Positions 22,548-34,976 of a DNA stretch of 64,000 nucleotides are shown here, in pieces. The translations under genes were made by a program, and so were the position numbers. How positions within the stretch are numbered: the first letter of the stretch is position 1; each line of letters opens with the position of its first letter. Below the pieces are notes generated by a model. It was not told the DNA's origin. It made no database searches and saw only the letters and a list, made by a program, of their open reading frames with translations. Location of the stretch: the NCBI GenBank assembly GCA_000146045.2, contig BK006936.2, positions 224,001 through 288,000 on the forward strand. Reading direction: 5' to 3'. This stretch comes from TPA_inf: Saccharomyces. Its lineage: Eukaryota.

Positions 22548-23009
22548 ACTGAATCTTTTTTTCCGGCTGTCCTCTTACAGTTGAGTTACAATATTTTGCC
22601 AGAAATATTTACATTTTTTTACCCAATCTCTATAATAATTATTTTAATTCCTAATCCGCTTCAGGCCCGCGGTCGTTGAAGTGCTATAGTTTATATTCAG
22701 TACATTGTCTTTAATCTCTCAGTATTATTTTATCAATAGTAAATACTTCAAGTCCATCGCACGGCGTGGTGGTGATAAAGGGAAAATGCGCGCGGGATTA
22801 GCAAAGGCGGCCAATGGATTAAGGGTGACAAGATAGCACCACATCACATCACATCACCATCAGTAATGGAGAGGAAATAGGGTATAAATACTCGTCAGAG
22901 ATCAATAGATATTATTTCGCAACGTCCTTTATTGTTCTGTTCTTATTTGATCAATTAAGCTAGAAAACCAGCTACATTAAAAGCAAATTTTACAAACTAC
23001 TATTTCAAC

Positions 23010-24503
23010 ATGACTTTGAGTAAGTATTCTAAACCAACTCTAAACGACCCTAATTTATTCAGAGAATCTGGTTATATTGACGGAAAATGGGTTAAGGGCA
23101 CTGACGAAGTTTTTGAGGTGGTAGACCCTGCTTCCGGCGAAATCATAGCAAGAGTTCCCGAACAACCAGTCTCCGTGGTTGAGGAAGCGATTGATGTTGC
23201 CTATGAAACTTTCAAGACGTACAAGAATACAACACCAAGAGAGAGGGCAAAGTGGCTCAGAAACATGTATAACTTAATGCTTGAAAATTTGGATGATCTG
23301 GCAACCATCATTACTTTAGAAAATGGTAAAGCTCTAGGGGAAGCTAAAGGAGAAATCAAATACGCGGCTTCGTATTTTGAGTGGTACGCCGAGGAAGCAC
23401 CCCGTTTATATGGTGCTACTATTCAACCCTTGAACCCTCACAACAGAGTATTCACAATTAGGCAACCTGTTGGTGTATGCGGTATAATTTGTCCATGGAA
23501 TTTTCCGAGCGCCATGATCACGAGAAAGGCCGCCGCTGCTTTAGCTGTGGGCTGCACAGTAGTCATCAAGCCAGACTCTCAAACGCCGCTATCTGCTTTA
23601 GCAATGGCATATTTGGCTGAAAAGGCAGGCTTTCCCAAGGGTTCGTTTAATGTTATTCTTTCACATGCCAACACACCAAAGCTTGGTAAAACATTATGTG
23701 AATCACCAAAAGTCAAGAAAGTTACTTTTACTGGTTCTACAAACGTCGGTAAAATCTTGATGAAACAATCTTCTTCTACTTTGAAGAAACTGTCTTTTGA
23801 GCTGGGTGGTAACGCCCCTTTCATAGTCTTTGAGGATGCCGATTTGGATCAAGCCTTGGAACAAGCCATGGCTTGTAAATTTAGGGGTTTGGGTCAAACA
23901 TGTGTGTGCGCAAATAGACTTTACGTTCACTCATCCATAATTGATAAATTTGCGAAATTACTCGCGGAGAGGGTCAAAAAATTCGTAATTGGCCATGGTT
24001 TGGACCCAAAAACTACACATGGTTGTGTCATTAACTCCAGCGCTATTGAAAAAGTTGAAAGACATAAACAGGATGCCATTGATAAGGGAGCAAAAGTTGT
24101 GCTTGAAGGTGGACGTTTAACTGAGTTAGGTCCTAACTTTTATGCTCCAGTAATTTTGTCACACGTTCCCTCAACAGCTATTGTTTCCAAGGAGGAGACT
24201 TTTGGTCCATTATGTCCAATCTTTTCTTTTGATACTATGGAAGAAGTTGTCGGATATGCTAATGATACTGAGTTTGGTTTAGCAGCATATGTCTTTTCTA
24301 AAAATGTCAACACTTTATACACTGTGTCTGAAGCTTTGGAAACTGGTATGGTTTCATGTAATACAGGTGTTTTTTCGGATTGTTCTATACCATTTGGTGG
24401 TGTTAAAGAGTCAGGATTTGGAAGAGAAGGTTCGCTATATGGTATTGAAGATTACACTGTTTTGAAGACCATCACAATTGGGAATTTGCCAAACAGCATT
24501 TAA
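23010..24503 (+). CDS. UGA2: Succinate-semialdehyde dehydrogenase UGA2 (497 aa)
   Basis: Aldehyde dehydrogenase family: …FELGGNAPFIVF… glutamate active site and …CANRLYV… catalytic Cys region. Confidence 0.92.
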   Translation: MTLSKYSKPTLNDPNLFRESGYIDGKWVKGTDEVFEVVDPASGEIIARVPEQPVSVVEEAIDVAYETFKTYKNTTPRERAKWLRNMYNLMLENLDDLATIITLENGKALGEAKGEIKYAASYFEWYAEEAPRLYGATIQPLNPHNRVFTIRQPVGVCGIICPWNFPSAMITRKAAAALAVGCTVVIKPDSQTPLSALAMAYLAEKAGFPKGSFNVILSHANTPKLGKTLCESPKVKKVTFTGSTNVGKILMKQSSSTLKKLSFELGGNAPFIVFEDADLDQALEQAMACKFRGLGQTCVCANRLYVHSSIIDKFAKLLAERVKKFVIGHGLDPKTTHGCVINSSAIEKVERHKQDAIDKGAKVVLEGGRLTELGPNFYAPVILSHVPSTAIVSKEETFGPLCPIFSFDTMEEVVGYANDTEFGLAAYVFSKNVNTLYTVSEALETGMVSCNTGVFSDCSIPFGGVKESGFGREGSLYGIEDYTVLKTITIGNLPNSI

Positions 24504-24805
24504 AGCAATAGTAATCGTGGACGATACTTAGAATTGAATATGATTCTTTGTAATGATTGTATATATCTATTGCATGTATAAATACTCTACTCCTCGTATA
24601 TAGAAAGTTAAGTAAATTTTTTGAAAGAAAAGAGTTCATATATTTACGGAGTTTTGAAGTTTTTCACAAGCGGAATAAGTGATACCATTCATAAAATATC
24701 ATATCTATCTATCTATCTATTTTTGTGAGATATATGGTACGAAAATAAATGCCTTTCCTTTTAAGCCTTTCTGTAAGCTTTTATGTATACAACGTTTCTT
24801 TATCT

Positions 24806-27016
24806 TTATTTCGGACCTTGTTTCATGTACTTTTCCTTATAAATCCAATCTGAACCTAATAGATTTGCACCTTTTTTATCGGCTATCCTAAACCATGCAG
24901 CAGCTCTGGCGAGATCCCTTTTCTTTACGTTTGAAGTTTTGGACCAAATTGTCCCGCTTAAGCACATTGAGTCTACATGGCCTAATAGAGCAGCTTTTTC
25001 CAAAAATTTCAAACCTTTTCGCTCGTCGGGATGATCCATCCCAAGACCCTTTAAATATGCCATACCACATTCGTACAAGGCAGGTGCTGTTGGTTCAGGC
25101 GCTATATCAGGGATATCGTCCATTGAAGCAAAATTTAACGGATTTATATCTAAATCAAGAACCTCAGCAGCAAAGGATTTGATATCAGTGGCAGCCATTA
25201 AATATCCTAATGATAATTTCAAGTTCTTGTCCACTCCGCAGCCATGTCGCAGGGCTAGTCCATATAACAGAAACGCAGTTTTGTTTCCGCACGCGCAGGC
25301 TTTTTTCAGTCGTTGTGCAGATTCTTCAAGTTTGCCTTGATGACGCATAGTAATTGCCTGTCCGATGTGTGAAGATTCATCATTATCATAAGGTTCTGGG
25401 TGAAATTTAAGCTTCCCGCACTTGCTTGTTGCGTTCGATCCTTCTTTTTTATGACTGAAGGAATCCATGCATTGCGTCGAATTATTGGGCAACATACCAT
25501 CTAAAGAAAGTGTTCTTCTTCTAACTTTCGGGTGGTAGGGCTTATTTGATTGTTCTGTTAGTGCACTTAGTTCACCTATTTTTGAATCTTTTTCCGTTGT
25601 ATGGAAATCCGAGAAAGTTCTCAAATGAGTCCTATTTGGACGTGCTTTACTGTTCTTTTTTTTATCCGTGGATGACTGAGGTGTTGATGCTGTTTTAAAA
25701 TGGAAAACTGGGTTTGGAGGAAAAATATACCTAGCTAAATGTGGACTGGAATTATTAATGGTACTTGAAGTAGATGGAAGTTGAATATTCTCCCCAGAGA
25801 AGTCCAATGAATTGGTGGCAGACCGGATAGGGCTTGATCCTTCAGACTCAAGGTCTTTCTTATTTTTTGCTCTTGTCCTAGGAGATTTAAAAAGTTTTTT
25901 TAGCGAATTTAGTGACGTTTTTTTTTTATGAGCTTTATATGGTGGCGTTGGAGGTAATGAAATATCATTTGTCATGGTATTTGTTTTCGTTATCGTCGAG
26001 GTAGAGGAATTAGACCGTTTAGGAGATGGTTTGATGGGTGTTGTATCACTCTTAGTTAACTTGAGTTTGGAGAATGAGGATGATTCACTTTCAAAAGAAG
26101 ACTGAGTTTTCGGCTTTGATAGTTGTCCAACTTCAGAAAAGGAGGTGTTGGTGCTTGTTGAACTTCCGTTCCGATAAAGACAATTACTCTTTTGCGTGGT
26201 TGTGAACTCATTGGGGCAACTCTGCTTCTCGGATATTCTGTCAGTTTTTGTAGATGTATTAATATTATTACTAGTAGTTCTGTTATTCTTACTATTAGCA
26301 TTATTGTCAACGCTAGTATTATTGTCTGATATCAGCGTAGGATAAAGATGGTGCAGTCTAGTATTTTCAATCCTATATTTCTCGAAGTTGAAAGGATTAG
26401 GGCTATTTGTGCTTCTATTGCCATTTTCAAGGTTTGGGTACTTATAATCTTTCTCATTTCTATTCATTTGGGGTTTCATGCCACTAAAAGTCTCAGAGTC
26501 ATAATCTTCTTCGACGATATAAGAGTATCTCGACTTCACGGGCAAATGCCTTTCCACTTTACCGGAAGAGTATTTGCCTCTCAAAGTGGAATCCTTTTCT
26601 TTTAAATTGTCTATGATAAGAGAACGATCTCTAGCTTGTATATATGTTGGAGAGGGATTAGTTCTATACCTTAATGAAGGGAATTCCGACGCAGGCATAC
26701 ATAATGTTGGACCACTTGTTTGTGACAGTTGCGAATTTCTCGACGCGTTTTCTTCTTCTAATAAAGCTTCTTGCAGAATCAGTTCATCTTCCAAGCTGAG
26801 GTCTAATTTGTCAAGAAGTCTTTCCGTGGTTTGAATAGATTCGAATGAAATGCTACTTTTATTTGAATGAGCATAGCTAAATTGTGAATCCATTGATGAC
26901 TCGAAGCTATTATTGGGTGGTGGGCTTTGTGAAACCTCTGAAGAGTTAGCTTTTCTTTCTTGATCGTCGCTTCCTATTCGATCAGCCCAAGAAGTGTTTT
27001 TTAAATTTTGATTCAT
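24806..27016 (-). CDS. DSF2: DSF2 (YBR007C), 736 aa; S/N-rich low-complexity N-terminal two-thirds plus C-terminal Sel1/TPR-like repeats
   Basis: 736-aa ORF with long Ser/Asn/Thr-rich tracts and a C-terminal …MAYLKGLGMDHPDERKGLKFLEKAALLGHVDSMCLSG… Sel1-like repeat region. Confidence 0.85.
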   Translation of the reverse strand: MNQNLKNTSWADRIGSDDQERKANSSEVSQSPPPNNSFESSMDSQFSYAHSNKSSISFESIQTTERLLDKLDLSLEDELILQEALLEEENASRNSQLSQTSGPTLCMPASEFPSLRYRTNPSPTYIQARDRSLIIDNLKEKDSTLRGKYSSGKVERHLPVKSRYSYIVEEDYDSETFSGMKPQMNRNEKDYKYPNLENGNRSTNSPNPFNFEKYRIENTRLHHLYPTLISDNNTSVDNNANSKNNRTTSNNINTSTKTDRISEKQSCPNEFTTTQKSNCLYRNGSSTSTNTSFSEVGQLSKPKTQSSFESESSSFSKLKLTKSDTTPIKPSPKRSNSSTSTITKTNTMTNDISLPPTPPYKAHKKKTSLNSLKKLFKSPRTRAKNKKDLESEGSSPIRSATNSLDFSGENIQLPSTSSTINNSSPHLARYIFPPNPVFHFKTASTPQSSTDKKKNSKARPNRTHLRTFSDFHTTEKDSKIGELSALTEQSNKPYHPKVRRRTLSLDGMLPNNSTQCMDSFSHKKEGSNATSKCGKLKFHPEPYDNDESSHIGQAITMRHQGKLEESAQRLKKACACGNKTAFLLYGLALRHGCGVDKNLKLSLGYLMAATDIKSFAAEVLDLDINPLNFASMDDIPDIAPEPTAPALYECGMAYLKGLGMDHPDERKGLKFLEKAALLGHVDSMCLSGTIWSKTSNVKKRDLARAAAWFRIADKKGANLLGSDWIYKEKYMKQGPK

Positions 27017-28562
27017 TACTTTTCGTGTGACGTAAAAGTCCGTTTGTTTTTCTAGATTTTCTGTTTTTTCTCGAGGCTCCTACAAGTTCCACCTATATTT
27101 AGCATTGAGGAACAGAATGTGCTATCGCAAAGAGCAATGGCAACAGAAAAAAAGAGTTGCTAAAGAAGAACTATTTTTGAATGTCCGTGGTAATACAATG
27201 GAAGACTACTAGAACACGATGGCAGATAAGGTGATTTGATAATCAAATTCAACGACGGTTGCACCGTTGTTCTTTCTGCCGCTCTTCGTCCGGAGCCTTC
27301 TGTGATAATTGTTTTAACGCGCAGAAACACACGCAGGCTGCGTAAAGGAATGGTGGGGCTCGAAGAAGTGACAGTGGGTGTCCACGGAATGTTCTGAGCG
27401 CAGGGATCCGGTGTTGCCATCGCACACGATATGAGACGCGTTCATTTTTTCCAGCAGTCACCTAAAAGTTCAAGAAACGCTATGTTGTAATGCAGCTGTA
27501 TTGTACACTGGCTGGTATTGCCGTTCTGATCTATGACTTACTTGTTAGAGGTAATAGCTGTCTTAGATCGGCTTGCTTCTTCTGACTTCCTTCTTTTTTT
27601 TTTTTTTTTCGAAGTGAGGCATGCTGCAGTTTTGTGCAGCTTCTCTTGCATCACTTCCTGTATTATTTACGTTGTTTACATTATCAGGTATTTTGTATTA
27701 TTTTTTGCGCAACAGCAAGCAAACGCAATAGCGATAAATGCCATAATATAATCAAAATTTAGCAAGGATACATAGCAGCAAACCCGAACCTTTAGGCCTC
27801 TCATAGATGAAGAAAATTTGTACAATTCTTTTGGTTCTTTGGCTCTTCAAATATGAATTTATTAAGAGGAAATCCTGAAGCATCAGAACATCGCAAACTT
27901 TTTATTCGCAAGAGGATTTATCCTCTGATTAGTTATATATGAATATGTGTTCCTTCTGCATGATTTTGATATCAATAGTATGCATTTTTTTTCGATTCGT
28001 CGTAGAAACATAGCTACTCTCATGACCAAATGACTCTTTTTGGCTTTGACAGTGGAACAGCCAAGTTTTTATGTAGAAATATATTATCTGTTAACTGGAA
28101 ATGATGTCTTAGGCCCATAAAATGTGCTAGAACGTATGGCTAATCCTTTTGCTCTGTATTCAATTGAGTATTTTGCTTAATTTCTATTTGATAATTGAAC
28201 TTCTTACGTGTATAAATGGTTGCATATTTCTTTAGTAAGTACTATTTTCAAATATGAGTGAAGGATATTGTGGCTCAAGTAATTCCTCTTTCTTTTTTCA
28301 TCCGTATGGTAAGCAAAGGGTCACAAAGTAACCGATAGTGTGTAGACCTTAGATCTTCCTTCAAAGATTTCAAGTCTGCGATAAATAAACATGAGAATAC
28401 TTGCAACAACAACTTTTATAAACAATGAAGTTCATTATGAACAGTATTTATTTCACTGCTAAACTTTACGTAAACTTATGTGGAACATCTTTGTCGACAG
28501 ATGGACGATAAGTAAAATTGTGTTATTATAATTCAAATTTTCATGGTAAGAACATCGGCTTT

Positions 28563-30209
28563 CTACTCCTCTGTGTACGAAGATCTTGTACGTAATGATG
28601 GCCCATACTTATAAAGTATAAACGGGATAATAGCTAGACCTAAAGTTAGGAACCCCACTAAGGACGAACCCCATGCCACAGGATAGTTCTTAGTAGCTAA
28701 ATTGTCATACATTGCTCTACCAAACAACGGAAAAGCACAGGCAAACGAAGCCCGACAAAAACCATTGCCTGCAAAAACGGATGCAACATACTTTGGGTAG
28801 CATGTAGCCAAATATGCAAAAGTTGCTTGGAAAATGTTAAAGACAGCTAAAACAAAAAAAACTTCCGAGATAACTGGCAAAATCCAATGCACTCGAGCAG
28901 TCCAACCAAATAAGAACAAAGACAGAGGCAGGCACCAGCAGACACACATTGCCACGATTAAAAAAGCTTCCGGGGTGAATGTGCCGTTTCTAAAACGTGG
29001 TACAATAATCCTCATGTTTAAAATACCGAATAAGCCATAAGCAAGTACGCACCCTACGCAAAACCCCATATAGGCCAAGCCAACTTCAACTAAGCTGAAG
29101 TGGTATATACCTACAAATACAATAGGGAATGCTTCAAAGAATAAGTAGAAACAACCATAAGCAACAGCGATATAGAGATCAAAAGCCAAAATTGCAGGCT
29201 CTTTGATAATCATTTTGAGAGGCCTATACAAAGTATTGATCAAAAAAGTTCTTGCATCAACTTCTCTATCGAGTTTATCCTGTTCAGTATAGTACCTGTC
29301 ATCACCAGTTTCTTTTCTCAATTTCAAAGCACGGCGGTACAAAATATTATGGTGTTGTGTTTCAGGGAAGAAAAATGCCAACAAGATAAAAGTGGCAGCA
29401 CTTAACCACATTAATAACCAAAATATGAATCGCCAATTTTTAGCATCGACCATAGCAGCGCCTAGTAAGGGAGCCAAGACTGGCGCAGCAACAGCACCGG
29501 CTGACCACATACCTAAAACGAGAGGAACCATTTCTGGTGAAATGATATCAGCCACTGTACCGCCACCAGTGGCCAACGATGGGCTGCACAGTATGCCACT
29601 GATGAAACGCATGACGATTAAACCGCCGATGTTATGCACAGTAGCACAACCAACTTGAAAGATCATGAAAAAAAATAAAGTCACCATGTACAGATTTAGA
29701 CGGCCATAGCGTGCAGTTTCTGATAGCGGTGAAAAAATGATGGGACCTAGACCATAACCAAGAACATATAAAGAAAGATTTAATGTTGCCACTACATGAC
29801 CAACGTGGAACTCTTCTTGAATATATTCCTGGCCAGGTGTGTAAATGGAGGATCCCATGTACGTGACGCAAGTAAGTAACATTATTTGGAATACTACCAA
29901 TGATTTTTTCAGTAGGGGCCAGTTTTGTGGGTTCTCAGGATCACTGGGGCCGTTCCAATCCACCCTGAAAGGATCATTTTTTTCGATCTGTGAACCACTA
30001 GAGTCTGAATCGGTAGAGGATTCAGAGCACGATCTATTAGGACCGCATTCTATATCATAGTCGGGTTTACATTCTTTTTTATCGGTATTCTCGGGTTTTC
30101 TTGTTTCATCTTCACGGGCACTCTGTAAAGTTTCTAAGTTGGACACTATACCCAAATATTCTAAAAGGTCAACAACGATAGTGTGTCTGTACGTTGAAGT
30201 GTATACCAT
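28563..30209 (-). CDS. FLR1: MFS multidrug (fluconazole resistance) transporter FLR1 (548 aa)
   Basis: 12-TM major facilitator (DHA1 family); Yap1 response elements lie in its promoter. Confidence 0.9.
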   Translation of the reverse strand: MVYTSTYRHTIVVDLLEYLGIVSNLETLQSAREDETRKPENTDKKECKPDYDIECGPNRSCSESSTDSDSSGSQIEKNDPFRVDWNGPSDPENPQNWPLLKKSLVVFQIMLLTCVTYMGSSIYTPGQEYIQEEFHVGHVVATLNLSLYVLGYGLGPIIFSPLSETARYGRLNLYMVTLFFFMIFQVGCATVHNIGGLIVMRFISGILCSPSLATGGGTVADIISPEMVPLVLGMWSAGAVAAPVLAPLLGAAMVDAKNWRFIFWLLMWLSAATFILLAFFFPETQHHNILYRRALKLRKETGDDRYYTEQDKLDREVDARTFLINTLYRPLKMIIKEPAILAFDLYIAVAYGCFYLFFEAFPIVFVGIYHFSLVEVGLAYMGFCVGCVLAYGLFGILNMRIIVPRFRNGTFTPEAFLIVAMCVCWCLPLSLFLFGWTARVHWILPVISEVFFVLAVFNIFQATFAYLATCYPKYVASVFAGNGFCRASFACAFPLFGRAMYDNLATKNYPVAWGSSLVGFLTLGLAIIPFILYKYGPSLRTRSSYTEE

Positions 30210-30350
30210 AGTGGAGATTGTCGTTCAACGGATACTCTTTTATAATAGCTTCACCATAATGACAAAGACGGCATAAGGATGTAGATATTTTAGCCTCGTA
30301 AAGAGCTGTTTAAATGCAATTCTCGTCTTCTTTCCTGTTCCCCTTTTACC

Positions 30351-30376
30351 TGACTAATTATCCCGCCCATTAGTCA
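30351..30376. promoter_or_regulatory. Two Yap1 (AP-1-like) response elements in the FLR1 promoter: TGACTAA 30351-30357 and TTAGTCA 30370-30376
   Basis: Perfect TGACTAA and its reverse complement, 142-167 bp upstream of the FLR1 ATG. FLR1 is a known Yap1 target. Confidence 0.7.
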
Positions 30377-31070
30377 GATGATTGATACCAATTTTACTCA
30401 AATGTGTACTATCATGTCCCTTTTCGCACTGTTATTGCTCCTTACCTAAGCAAATATCCTTTTTTTTTTCTTTGCATTTGTCTTCTTTCATTTTAAATCT
30501 TCATAATCTTCCGGAAAAACTAGTGATGCGAAATATTGTAGAGAAAAAGCGCAGGGCATTCCTATACTTAGTAATCACCATCATAACGTATTTTAAAATG
30601 AAGAAGCGAACCTCAAAGAATTTTCTATACAGAAGAGACCTTTCCGCGCATATACGCGGTAGCGTGTGTCAGCATCAGAGGTTTAGCATAATATATTGCA
30701 GAAAATGTGCTAGTAATATTGTTCTCTCTGTTGTCAATGGGCTTACAATTGCCGGCCATCAGTATATGGAGTATCAATGTTCCTTTTGATCGCCAACAAA
30801 TACTACCTTTTATCCTGCTCTTCCTGCTCTCAGATATTAATGCCGAATTGTTTCATCTTGTCTGTGTAGAAGACCACACACGAAAATCCTGTGATTTTTC
30901 ATTTTACTTATCATTAATCGAATGTATATCTATTTAATCTGCTTTTCTTGTCTAATAAATATATATGTAAAGTACGCTTTTTGTTGAAATTTTTTAAACC
31001 TTTGTTTATTTTTTTTTCTTCATTCCGTAACTCTTCTACCTTCTTTATTTACTTTCTAAAATCCAAATAC

Positions 31071-31081
31071 AAAACATAAAA
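31071..31081 (-). other. ARS consensus sequence TTTTATGTTTT (H4 ARS / ARS209-like replication origin core), in an A+T-rich region 3' of HHF1
   Basis: Perfect 11/11 match to WTTTAYRTTTW, read on the minus strand at 31081-31071. It is about 290 bp downstream of the HHF1 stop, in a broadly AT-rich region, consistent with the classical H4 ARS location. Confidence 0.65.
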
Positions 31082-31372
31082 ATAAATAAACACAGAGTAA
31101 ATTCCCAAATTATTCCATCATTAAAAAATACGAGGCGCGTGTAAGTTACAGACAAGCGATCCCTATTCCATGCAAGTTCGGTAAGTAGCAGAAATAATCA
31201 AACTGTTTAAACCCAATTAAAATTAAATTAAATACCCTTTATATGTTTATAATTGTACATATTTCTCCTAAACCCGCTATAATACACTCATATTTGTAGA
31301 AGAAAAACCGGGCAGTTGAATACGAATCCCAAATATTTGCTTGTTGTTACCGTTTTCTTAGAATTAGCTAAA

Positions 31373-31687
<315 letters not shown>

Positions 31688-31978
31688 TTACTATATTATA
31701 TTTGTTGCTTGTTTTTGTTTGTTGCTTTAGTACTATAGAGTACAATAATGCGACGGAAACCATCATATAGAAAAAATATCTCGGTATTTATAGGAAAAAG
31801 AATTAGACCTTTTCCACAACCAATTTATCCATCAAATTGGTCTTTACCCAATGAATGGGGAAGGGGGGGTGGCAATTTACCACCGTATTCGCGGGCATTT
31901 GCTAAAGTAAACAACTTCGGTTTTTACCACTAACCATTATGGGGAGAAGCGCTCGGAACAGTTTTACTATGTGAAGAT

Positions 31979-32057
31979 GCGAAGTTTTCAGAACGCGGTT
32001 TCCAAATTCGGCGGGGAGATACAAAAAAGATTTTTGCTCTCGTTCTCACATTTTCGC
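31979..32057. promoter_or_regulatory. Pair of histone UAS elements (GCGAAAAANTNNGAAC) in the HHT1-HHF1 divergent promoter
   Basis: GCGAAGTTTTCAGAAC at 31979-31994 (+) and GTTCTCACATTTTCGC at 32042-32057, whose reverse complement is GCGAAAATGTGAGAAC (15/16 to consensus). Confidence 0.6.
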
Positions 32058-32321
32058 ATTGTCCCATACATTATCGTTCTCACAATTTCTCACATTTCCT
32101 TGCTCTGCACCTTTGCGATCCTGGCCGTAATATCTCTCCTTGACTTTTAGCGTGGAAGATAACGAAATGCCCGGGCGATTTTTCTTTTTGGTACCCTCCA
32201 CGGCTCCTTGTTGAAATACATATATAAAAGACTGTGTATTCTTCGGGATACATCTCTTTCCTCAACCTTTTATATTCTTTCTTTCTAGTTAATAAGAAAA
32301 ACATCTAACATAAATATATAA

Positions 32322-32741
<420 letters not shown>

Positions 32742-33111
32742 TTTGTTGATTGTCATCAGTTTTAGTAAAAAACGAACAAAAACACAATAAAATATAAATC
32801 AATATATTTAGGTTTACTGGGTTCTTTAACAGTTGTATAATAGTTATTTTTTATTACAAAAATATAGGTTTTAATAAAAAAAAATAGGGTTCTATTTGTT
32901 TTACATTTATTGATTTGTTTTTCCTGGCGATACCCTCGAAAAAAGCCAGGCCTTGTAGGAGGCAAGATTTATGGCTTTCCATGTGGTTAAAGAAAAATTG
33001 CAGCAGGAAGATATTCATTCATGAGTCAGTTATATAATCGATATATAGCTACATATTAAACAACTTGAAGCCGCATACGTGGTAGGTGTCTCATTTTCAA
33101 TTCAAAATATT

Positions 33112-33975
33112 TTAAACAGAACCGGAGATGAAGAACCACTTGTCAATAGACTTGTCAATTGGAGCATCTGCCTTTGGAGAAGCTGGTGGGATGGCATCAG
33201 AGGCAGCCTTGGAGTAGGTTGGGGTGTCAGGCAAAGTAACATTGGTCAAATCAATACCCTTGCTGTCAGAAGACTTACCAGCAATTAATTGTTTCCAGGA
33301 GTCATGTGTTTCCTTGATGATATCCAAAGCGTACTTCTTGTTCTTAGCTTCACCGGAGAAGGCAAATTGGTTTTCTGGCTTACCATCTGGGATTTTGTAA
33401 ATTCTGAACCATTCGTTAGTAGCCCTCAACAGACCTGGGAAGTATTTCTCAACATCCTCAATGTCGTTCAATTTTGGGGCTAATGGATCGTTAATATCAA
33501 TGGCAATAACTTTCCAATCGGTCTCACCTTCATCCAATAAAGCCATGATACCTAGAGCCTTAACTTGCTTGACTTGACCAGTGTAAGCAATAGTTTCACC
33601 AATTTCCAACACATCAATTGGATCGTTGTCACCAACTGCCTTAGTTTCTGGGTGGCTTACGTTTGGGTCTTCCCAAGTTTGTGGGAAAGCACCATAGTTG
33701 TGAATGTAACCATGGTGAGGGAAACAGTTTCTAACAAATCTCAACTTGCCCTTCTTGGTGTCTTGGATGATTGGGTTCAAAGTTTCTTCCTTGGTGATTT
33801 CTAACTTGGCGTTGGTCCAACGTGGAATTTCAACAACCATGTTGAAAATGTTGTTTTCCTTGTCAGCGTACAAGGGAATGTCGTGGAAGGCAGAAACTGG
33901 CTTACCATCCTTTTCGATATAAACTTTGTATTCCAAGGTGTTCTTGGCACCAATTTGTCTGGTAGTGTAGGTCAT
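33112..33975 (-). CDS. IPP1: Cytoplasmic inorganic pyrophosphatase IPP1 (287 aa)
   Basis: [40 protein letters not shown]…; family I PPase DxDxD region (…[12 protein letters not shown]…). The track start 34026 is a 17-codon upstream extension, and ATG 33973-33975 matches the known N-terminus. Confidence 0.93.
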   Translation of the reverse strand: MTYTTRQIGAKNTLEYKVYIEKDGKPVSAFHDIPLYADKENNIFNMVVEIPRWTNAKLEITKEETLNPIIQDTKKGKLRFVRNCFPHHGYIHNYGAFPQTWEDPNVSHPETKAVGDNDPIDVLEIGETIAYTGQVKQVKALGIMALLDEGETDWKVIAIDINDPLAPKLNDIEDVEKYFPGLLRATNEWFRIYKIPDGKPENQFAFSGEAKNKKYALDIIKETHDSWKQLIAGKSSDSKGIDLTNVTLPDTPTYSKAASDAIPPASPKADAPIDKSIDKWFFISGSV

Positions 33976-34669
33976 TAGTAAATTGCGCGGCGGGATATCC
34001 TGTTCTATAGACCTAAGGGACAACAAATCAAAATAGATGATTAAGAAAGTAAGTATTCAAAAACAAGTTGTAAATGAACTAACCTTCCTAACTTCGACGC
34101 GACCTTAAAACGTCGAAAAAAAACGAGAAAAAGTCATCATGAGACTATCGTATCTAATGACTGTGGCTTCTCCCAACAACCTTAGCGTCTGCGATGACGA
34201 TATTTTGAAGAACAGTCAAATCCGTTTGAATAGTGCGCCACACAGGGATAATAATAGCACATTGGCATCTCCTTCTGTGAATGAAACACTTCTACCTGGG
34301 CTTCAAAGTCCCGCAACCTTTTAGTTACATAAAATTCGGCGGCTAAATCATGATATTATATTGATGGGTAATGTAGCGTTCAGTAAAACGGTTCCTATGT
34401 ATTACTATCACGTGGGTGGGGAAGACCACATTCTTAGAGAAGAGTAATCATTTTAGCAGATTATTTTTACCTTTTTCAACTCATGAACTCATGTTCAAAG
34501 GTACAATATATTACCCTTTCTTCAAAGTATCCGAATGATTTGAACCGCACTCTGAGGGAGCCATCAAATTCTATTGAGCGACTTCGAATCGAACAATCCA
34601 ATTAAATCAGCCTTTAGCGCCATATTTCTCCTTGTATCCATTGTTTACTTCTCCCTTGTATCTTGTATA

Positions 34670-34976
34670 TGAGAATTATGGGAATAAGATAATTGTTGGG
34701 ATTCCATTGTTTTCAAAGGCTGTAATATTAGGTACACAGATTATACTAGAAGTTCTTTTCGAGGATATAGGAATCCACAAAAGGAAATCGATAGTTATAC
34801 ATAATAATATTATTGTATCTTACTTCCTTTTATATGTTGTCACTCATTATTGTGTCGTGCATTCCATTAGATTGGATGACTGTTTCTCAATCTTTATGCC
34901 ATCCTCTTACACCGCATGTGATATAATAGTAACATGAGTGCTGCGAAATAGATGATATTAAAATTTCATTCCAACA
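34670..34976 (-). repeat. Diverged solo delta LTR (Ty1/Ty2 family), reverse orientation
   Basis: Begins TGAGAATTATGGGAATAAGATAATTGTTGGGATTCCATTG…, compared with the reverse-complement delta TGAGAAATGGGTGAATGTTGAGATAATTGTTGGGATTCCATTG…. Ends …TTTCATTCCAACA. About 75-80% similar over about 307 bp by eye. Confidence 0.7.

Noticed and set aside
22840-22866. CATCA pentanucleotide-like run (ccacatcacatcacatcaccatcag) upstream of UGA2
   Set aside because: Imperfect and short (about 4 units); unlikely to be meaningful beyond low complexity.
30382-30937. ORFs of 135 and 76 aa in the FLR1-HHF1 intergenic region
   Set aside because: Low-complexity, Cys/Phe/Leu-rich translations of AT-rich promoter DNA. 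They lack a plausible start context and any recognisable fold.
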